In this document: piece after piece, positions 58,271 through 64,000 of the stretch
Layout: every line of letters starts with the position of its first letter
How positions within the stretch are numbered: the first letter of the stretch is position 1
Source: Salinivenus sp.
Lineage (GTDB): Bacteria > Bacteroidota > Rhodothermia > Rhodothermales > Salinibacteraceae
Length of the DNA: 64,000 nucleotides
Direction: 5' to 3'
Assembly: GCA_018609755.1 (NCBI GenBank)
Contig: JAHENZ010000260.1
Span: forward strand, 11,672 to 75,671
Program-made: the position numbers and the translations under genes
Notes under the pieces: model-generated
The model's database searches: none
What the model was told of the DNA's origin: nothing
What the model saw: only the letters and a program-made list of their open reading frames with translations

Positions 58271-60235
58271 TCATCCCACAGCCGAAGCCTCTACCGAATC
58301 GGATTCGTCGAAGGGAGGCGAAGCCGTTTCGATTGGCGTTCCAAACACCCGATGGATCCCGACGAGCAGACCGCCGCCCACGAGCAGCGACACCCACCAC
58401 GGCAGTCCAAACCCGGTCGGTAGCGTTCCAATCAACAGGGCCACGAGCCCCACGCTCATAGCGTATGGAAGTTGCGTCCGCACGTGATCGATGTGATCGC
58501 ACCCGCTGGCCATGGACGACAGGATGGTGGTGTCGGAGATGGGCGAGCAGTGGTCGCCCCACACCGCCCCTGCCAGCACACAGGACACAGACGAGTACAG
58601 AATGTGGTAGTGGTCCGGCGAGGTCATGCCGTTCTTTGCCAACACCGCCCACGCCAGTGGGACCACGAGCGGCATCAGAATGCCCATCGTGCCCCAGCTC
58701 GATCCCGTGGCGAAGGCCGTGGCCGCGGCCAACACGAAAATAATGGCCGGCACCACGCCCGCCGGGAGCCACTCGCCCAAGATGGACACGAGATAGTCCG
58801 CCGTCATCAGCACCTCCGTGATGTTGGAGAGCGCCCACGCCAGCACGAGAATGATCATGGCGAAGAGCATGGACTTGAGGCCTTCGTACCAGGCCTCTAC
58901 CGTCTGCTCCAGATCCAGAATGCCCTGCCCCAACGACAGAAGCGCCGCCACAATCACTCCGATCAGTGACCCCCACATGAGCGCCGCGTACGAGTCGGCC
59001 CCACCGATAATCTCGCGCAGCGACGCGTCGGCCCCGGCCGACTGCACCCCAGTCGCGTAGAGCCCCGCTAGCACCGACCCAATGAGAACGAGCACCGGGA
59101 TGACAGCATTGACGGCCCGATTTGGCGTCCCCTCGGGCGGTTTCAGTGCCTCGCCTTCCGACGCTGCTTCGTCCACCTTCGCCTCCTTCCCCAGCACCTC
59201 GCCGGTCTCTCGCGCACGCCTCTCGGCGTCGTACATCGGCCCGAAGTCGCGCCGAGAGTACGCCACCACAAAGACGAAGAAGAGGGCGAAGATCGGGTAG
59301 AAGCTGTACGCGAGCGAATTGAGGAAGACGGAGTACGCCCCTTGACTGAAGCCCTCAATGCTCGCTATGGCCGTCCCGACAAGCCCCACCTCGTATCCGA
59401 TCCAGGTGGTGACAAAGGCGAGACACGAGATGGGGGCGGCCGTCGAGTCGACGATGTAGGCCAACTTCTCGCGCGAGATGCGCAAGCGATCGGTCACGGG
59501 CCGCATCGTGTTGCCCACGATGAGCGTGTTGGCGTAGTCGTCGAAGAAGATGCCCAGCCCGAGTGCCCACGTGGCCAACTGTCCGCGCCGCGAATCGCTC
59601 GCCCAGCCGGTGAGCCGCTCGACGATACCGAGCGTCCCGCCGTTCTTCGAAATGATGCCCACCATCCCCCCGATCATCAATGAAAACAAAATGATGGCGG
59701 CGTGGCTCTCGTCGGCCAGCGCGCCGAGGACGTAGACCTGCATCGTGTCGAGCAGGCCCTTGAATGCGGCCCAGGGGGTGTACCCGATCGCTAGAACAGC
59801 CCCAACCCATACCCCAAAGAACAGCGCCGGGACCACCCGCCGGTAGAGCAACGCCATCCCAATCGCCAGCAGCGGCGGCAGAATCGACAACCAGCCCGGA
59901 ATCGCCCGTGTCTCCGCCGATCGAAGCGTCTCTCCCCCGGCCCGGACCTCCACCGTTGCACTTCCGCTCGACGACACCGTCAGCTCCTCAGCGGTCCACT
60001 GCTCCTGCGCCGCATCGTACGAGAGCGCCTGCGTCTCGTCCCCAACCCGAATCATTGGGGATCCCGCTTCGGCCAAGGACGAGTCTCCCGACACCGTGAC
60101 CGAAAACTCGATGCCCGTAAGCACCGGATCCGGCACCGTGACCGTCCCATCATCCTGTCCCACCGCAGGCGACGTGAGCAAAAACAAAGCGCCAATGACA
60201 ACGACAACCGTTCGGGGCAAGAAGTCACAAGTCAT
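58271..60235 (-). CDS. Na+/H+ antiporter NhaC family protein with N-terminal exported domain
   Basis: FFDDYAN, LAYIVDSTAAP, ATGSSWGTMGI, GDHCSPISDTTILSS, HVRTQLPYA. Confidence 0.92.
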   Translation of the reverse strand: MTCDFLPRTVVVVIGALFLLTSPAVGQDDGTVTVPDPVLTGIEFSVTVSGDSSLAEAGSPMIRVGDETQALSYDAAQEQWTAEELTVSSSGSATVEVRAGGETLRSAETRAIPGWLSILPPLLAIGMALLYRRVVPALFFGVWVGAVLAIGYTPWAAFKGLLDTMQVYVLGALADESHAAIILFSLMIGGMVGIISKNGGTLGIVERLTGWASDSRRGQLATWALGLGIFFDDYANTLIVGNTMRPVTDRLRISREKLAYIVDSTAAPISCLAFVTTWIGYEVGLVGTAIASIEGFSQGAYSVFLNSLAYSFYPIFALFFVFVVAYSRRDFGPMYDAERRARETGEVLGKEAKVDEAASEGEALKPPEGTPNRAVNAVIPVLVLIGSVLAGLYATGVQSAGADASLREIIGGADSYAALMWGSLIGVIVAALLSLGQGILDLEQTVEAWYEGLKSMLFAMIILVLAWALSNITEVLMTADYLVSILGEWLPAGVVPAIIFVLAAATAFATGSSWGTMGILMPLVVPLAWAVLAKNGMTSPDHYHILYSSVSCVLAGAVWGDHCSPISDTTILSSMASGCDHIDHVRTQLPYAMSVGLVALLIGTLPTGFGLPWWVSLLVGGGLLVGIHRVFGTPIETASPPFDESDSVEASAVG

Positions 60236-60600
60236 GAACACAGGGAATCACGAACTGGACGGGTACGAGAGGTCAATGCGACTGGCAGAAGAGATCTGGA
60301 CGTTGGGGGAAGACTGGCCCTCCTTTGCGAAATGCTCGATCGGAATCTGAATTATTCAATCCGCGGACTCGATCAGTGCAAGCATCAGCGAAGGACACGG
60401 CCGCTATCACTATGGTGAAAATCGTCTCGTCTGCTACTCCGCCCGCGGCTCCCTTAGACTCGAACGGGGCTTCAGAAGCCCCGAAGCAGAACCCTCGAAG
60501 CCACCGCTTCATTTCAAAAGAGCGCTTCGACGACCTCTCCTCAGAGCTCGTCGAAATCCGCAAAATGCTAAACAGCTACATCAACTCCATTGGCCTTAGA
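60234..60600 (+). pseudogene. Four-helix-bundle (23S rRNA IVP-like) protein pseudogene
   Basis: YERSMRLAEEIW...FAK.SIG, then TGA at 60348-60350. The same frame continues IIQSADSISASISEGHGRYHYGENRLVCYSARGSL, followed by frameshifts, with ...ISKERFDDLSSELVEIRKMLNSYINSI in another frame. Confidence 0.82.
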
Positions 60601-60625
60601 AGCACTCAGAACTCGGACGCCCAAC

Positions 60626-61258
60626 TCACGTCCCCCGGGTCCCAAAAATTCGATCTCCGGCGTCTCCAAGCCCCGGCCGAATGAACGCATTCTCGTCGAG
60701 CTCCCGGTCCAGCCCCGCCGTCACGATTGGCACGTCCGGATGCTCCTCGTCGAGTCGCCGCACACCCTCCGGCGCCGCCACCAAACAGGCAAAGGTAAAG
60801 TCCTCTCCCCCCTCTGCTTTGAGGTGATCGATGGCGAACGAGGCACTGCCGCCCGTGGCCAGCATCGGATCGACGACGAACACGTGCGCCTCCGCAATGC
60901 CCTCCGGAATGTTGCTGTAGTAATCGACCGGCGTGTACGTCTCCTCGTCCCGCTGCATCCCGAGATGGCCCACCCGGGCCTCCGGCAAATACCGCACGAA
61001 GCCATCCACCATGCCCAACCCCGCCCGCATGATGGGCACGACCATAACGTCCTCCGCAATCTCGTACCCCGTCGTAGACTCCAGAGGGGTCTCAATCGCC
61101 CGCTCCGACAGCGAAAAGTCGCGCATGGCCTCGTAGGCAAGGATTGCCGCGGCGTCGGACACCTTCTTCCGAAACTCCCCATGCGGCGTCTCGTCGCGAC
61201 GCAACACCGTGAGATCCCGCTTCAGCAGCGGATGATCGATGACCGTCAAATTCTCCAT
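60626..61258 (-). CDS. upp: Uracil phosphoribosyltransferase
   Basis: VIDHPLL, VPIMRAGLGM, DPMLATGGS, ENAFIRPGLGDAGDRIFGT. True start ATG at 61258. Confidence 0.97.
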   Translation of the reverse strand: MENLTVIDHPLLKRDLTVLRRDETPHGEFRKKVSDAAAILAYEAMRDFSLSERAIETPLESTTGYEIAEDVMVVPIMRAGLGMVDGFVRYLPEARVGHLGMQRDEETYTPVDYYSNIPEGIAEAHVFVVDPMLATGGSASFAIDHLKAEGGEDFTFACLVAAPEGVRRLDEEHPDVPIVTAGLDRELDENAFIRPGLGDAGDRIFGTRGT

Positions 61259-61331
61259 ACAGCACGCAGAGGTTGTGGACGAGAAATCAGCAGGCGCAAG
61301 TTTATTCTTCCTCCACTTCGGATCCCCCGAA

Positions 61332-63170
61332 TCATGACCCATTCCCCTCCTGCTTCCGCCGCTCCTTCTCGGCTTTCCGCTTCTCTTTCGCTTGCCGGGC
61401 CGGCTCCACATTGTCGAGCCACGCCTTCCGGTCAAAGTAGCTGTCCGTAATCTCTTTCAACTTGTTCGACAGCAGAATGACGGCCACGAGATTTGGAATA
61501 ATGACGAGGCCCAGTGCAATGTCGCCAATCGCCCAGACGGTAGCGAGCGGCGCGATTCCACCGAGGAAATTGACCGTCACGAATGCCACCTTGTACGGCA
61601 GCACGGCGTCTTCGCCGAAGAGGTAGATGGCACAGCGATCCCCGTAGTAGCTCCAGGAGATAGACGTGGAGATGGCGAAGAGCAGCACGCTGAAGACGAC
61701 GATAAGCCCGCCCCAATCGCCCAGCGGCGAAAGTCCCCGAGAAAAGGCCAACTGCGTAAGGGGCGCTCCATTCTCGACGGCCGGCCCGTATAACGATCCG
61801 TATTCGGTGCCGTCCTCCGAGATGGCAATGTTTTGCTGAGTGTTGAGCGTACCCGTAAACGGCTGCTGGAGATCGCCGTAGCCTTCGCAGTCGTCCGTAC
61901 AGTCGACGAAGAAGCTATCGACGACCGCTTGATTCCAGGCAAACTCGGGCGTGCCCTGCTGCACCTGTGGTTCGCCGTCCACGATCCGAATCTCGGTGGG
62001 GGGCGTTTCGTCGGCGATGATGCCGCCTTCGTTCTCGACGCGGTAGCTGTGCGCCCCACCATCCAGGTCCAGCCGCGTGGGCACCGTGTCGTCCCAAACT
62101 CCCGTCACGACGATCACGAGCCCCGTAATGGTGCAGACGATGATCGTGTCGATGAGCGGCTCCAGGAGCGCCACCACCCCCTCCGACACCGGCTCGTCCG
62201 TCTGGGCGGCGGAGTGGGCAATCGGCGCAGAGCCCATGCCCGCCTCGTTCGAAAAGAGTCCCCGCTGCACCCCGTAGATCATGGTCAGCAGAAAAATCCC
62301 GGCGCCGGTCCCGGCCACGCCGGACTGCGGGTTGAAGGCCTCCGTAAAGATCCGGGCGAAGGCCCCGGGCACCTCGCTCGCGTTCAATCCGAGGATGGTA
62401 AGTCCGCCCAGCACGTAAATCGCTGCCATGACGGGCGCGATGATGCTGGTCACACGCCCGATTCGCGTCACGCCCCCAATGATGACGACAGCAATAATGG
62501 CGGCGACAATGGCAGCCACAATCACGCTCATGACGAACGGATCGAGGCCCACGAGACCGCTGTACGTTTCGAGCGTGTCCGTGACCGTGTTGGCCTGGTT
62601 CGCATTTCCCGTCAGAAATGACGTAATACCGAGAAGGGCCGCCGACAGTACGGCCATCCACGTCCAGTTCGATCCGAGTCCCTTTTCGATGTAGTACATC
62701 GGACCACCGGACACTGTCCCCAGCCATCCTGGCTCGTCCCCCTCTCCTGCAATTGCCACGTCTCGATAATACTGGGCAAGGGTAACTTCGCTGAACTTTG
62801 TCGCCATGCCGAGAACGGCTGTCACCCACATCCAGAGAAGTGCTCCCGGTCCACCGTAGTGAATCGCCAGCGCCACTCCGGCGATGTTGCCGATGCCTAC
62901 CGTGGCGGAGAGTGCCGTCGTAAGCGCCTGAAAGTGTGGAATGTCGCCGGGCTCGTCCGGATCGTCATAAATGCCGGTCGTGACGGCAAACCCGTGCGCC
63001 AGCCGACGAAATTGAACGAAGCCCAACCGAAACGTGAGATACAATCCCGCTCCGAGCAGCAAGATGACGACGATCGGAATGTCGTTCCCCGTCCCAGTCG
63101 GGATGCCAAAGCCCCAGACGAAATCGACGAGGAAGTCAACGCCATCGGCAAGGATCTCCAAAACGGACAT
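61332..63170 (-). CDS. Sodium:alanine/glycine symporter family (AGCS/AlsT) protein
   Basis: FQALTTALSATVGIGNIAGVA, GGPGALLWMW, GGPMYY, RGLFSNEAGMGSAPIAH, IDTIIVCTIT, SWSYYG. Confidence 0.95.
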   Translation of the reverse strand: MSVLEILADGVDFLVDFVWGFGIPTGTGNDIPIVVILLLGAGLYLTFRLGFVQFRRLAHGFAVTTGIYDDPDEPGDIPHFQALTTALSATVGIGNIAGVALAIHYGGPGALLWMWVTAVLGMATKFSEVTLAQYYRDVAIAGEGDEPGWLGTVSGGPMYYIEKGLGSNWTWMAVLSAALLGITSFLTGNANQANTVTDTLETYSGLVGLDPFVMSVIVAAIVAAIIAVVIIGGVTRIGRVTSIIAPVMAAIYVLGGLTILGLNASEVPGAFARIFTEAFNPQSGVAGTGAGIFLLTMIYGVQRGLFSNEAGMGSAPIAHSAAQTDEPVSEGVVALLEPLIDTIIVCTITGLVIVVTGVWDDTVPTRLDLDGGAHSYRVENEGGIIADETPPTEIRIVDGEPQVQQGTPEFAWNQAVVDSFFVDCTDDCEGYGDLQQPFTGTLNTQQNIAISEDGTEYGSLYGPAVENGAPLTQLAFSRGLSPLGDWGGLIVVFSVLLFAISTSISWSYYGDRCAIYLFGEDAVLPYKVAFVTVNFLGGIAPLATVWAIGDIALGLVIIPNLVAVILLSNKLKEITDSYFDRKAWLDNVEPARQAKEKRKAEKERRKQEGNGS

Positions 63171-63460
63171 AAAAGCAAAGGCCTGTCAGAAAGAGCACGT
63201 GCACGGGACCGCATCCACACATGACGGTCACGGCCCCGAGCAAAAGGAGGTCACTCGGTGATTCAACCGAAACACCCGAACGACTCGCGTCCGGAGGGCA
63301 GAAGACCTGAATATAGAAGGCGAAACCGTTCTGCGCAACCATCACCTCCAGTACATCCTGCTCCGACCCGCCATGCCCTTCCCATAGACGCTCCGCTCAG
63401 GGAGGATTACAGTTTTTTCATTCCGCCCCTCAGATTTTTCTGTGTCTCATGCTGCCTCCA

Positions 63461-64000
63461 CTACAATGGCGGCCCCGATTCTTGCGCTGCCTGTTCGCCT
63501 TCCGTCCCTTCCCGGTGCGCCTTCCGCTCTTTACTCCGCTGCGCCGACGCCTCTGCCGCCGGGGCCACGTAGCTGTAGGCCGCCGCAACACCGACATTGA
63601 AGAGCGACGCGATCACGCCAAGTACAGTCCCCCAATACTCCGGCCCGGCCAATGCAAGACGAATCATGACCGTAGCCGCCGCATAGCCCGAATTGCGGAA
63701 GACCATGTGGTAGGTCGTGCTGTATCGCAGCGAGATGAGTACGATCAGAATGTCACTGAAGATGAGGACCGTGTAGAAGGTATTGAAGAAGGGCACCTCC
63801 TCGCCCGTCACCAGCGCAGAAAAGACGGTATAGAGGCCCAGGCCCGCGAGCACGAGAAGCAGCACGTTTGAGACCAGTTTCTTCTGTGCTACGAAGCGCA
63901 GCCGCTGCTCCTGATTTTGTGTAATGGGCTGATGCCGCTGGAGGGTATAGAAGAACCCGATCGTCAGAAAAATGAATAATGCCCCGGTCGCATCCACTAC
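63461..64000 (-). CDS. Hypothetical membrane protein, 5' end outside window
   Basis: Frame open to the window edge; multiple TM segments (FFNTFYTVLIFSDILIVLISLRY). Confidence 0.7.
   Translation of the reverse strand, partial: VVDATGALFIFLTIGFFYTLQRHQPITQNQEQRLRFVAQKKLVSNVLLLVLAGLGLYTVFSALVTGEEVPFFNTFYTVLIFSDILIVLISLRYSTTYHMVFRNSGYAAATVMIRLALAGPEYWGTVLGVIASLFNVGVAAAYSYVAPAAEASAQRSKERKAHREGTEGEQAAQESGPPL

Noticed and set aside
1-64000. tRNA, rRNA, CRISPR arrays, integrases, transposases
   Set aside because: None detected by eye in this window.

Overview
High-GC chromosomal segment with a strongly acidic (D/E-rich) proteome, Bacteroidota-type genes and a T9SS-cargo protein. This is most consistent with a Salinibacter-like halophile (Rhodothermota); the taxonomy is inferred. 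Most of the window is housekeeping or metabolic: rplU-rpmA, dapF, phoH, fahA, otsAB, pfkA, nif3-zinc ribbon-rnpB, secG, rsmE, mutY, a metal ABC transporter, def and upp. The standout is a five-gene, same-strand locus at 10446-17123. It holds a photoactive yellow protein (PYP) with an unusual chromophore pocket, flanked on both sides by paralogous proteins built from a ~32-aa helical repeat. Each of those two proteins ends in a PYP-like domain lacking the chromophore cysteine. The locus closes with an acyl-CoA ligase and a tyrosine ammonia-lyase for p-coumarate, and contains no kinase, cyclase or DNA-binding output. Other notable items are three ~172-bp MITE-like elements with shared termini, a very long RNase P RNA, a MutY with an intact Nudix box, a metal-binding lipoprotein with altered ligands, and a decayed four-helix-bundle gene. 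Many ORFs in the supplied track are GC-rich shadow frames. All calls come from reading motifs by eye; no database searches were run.
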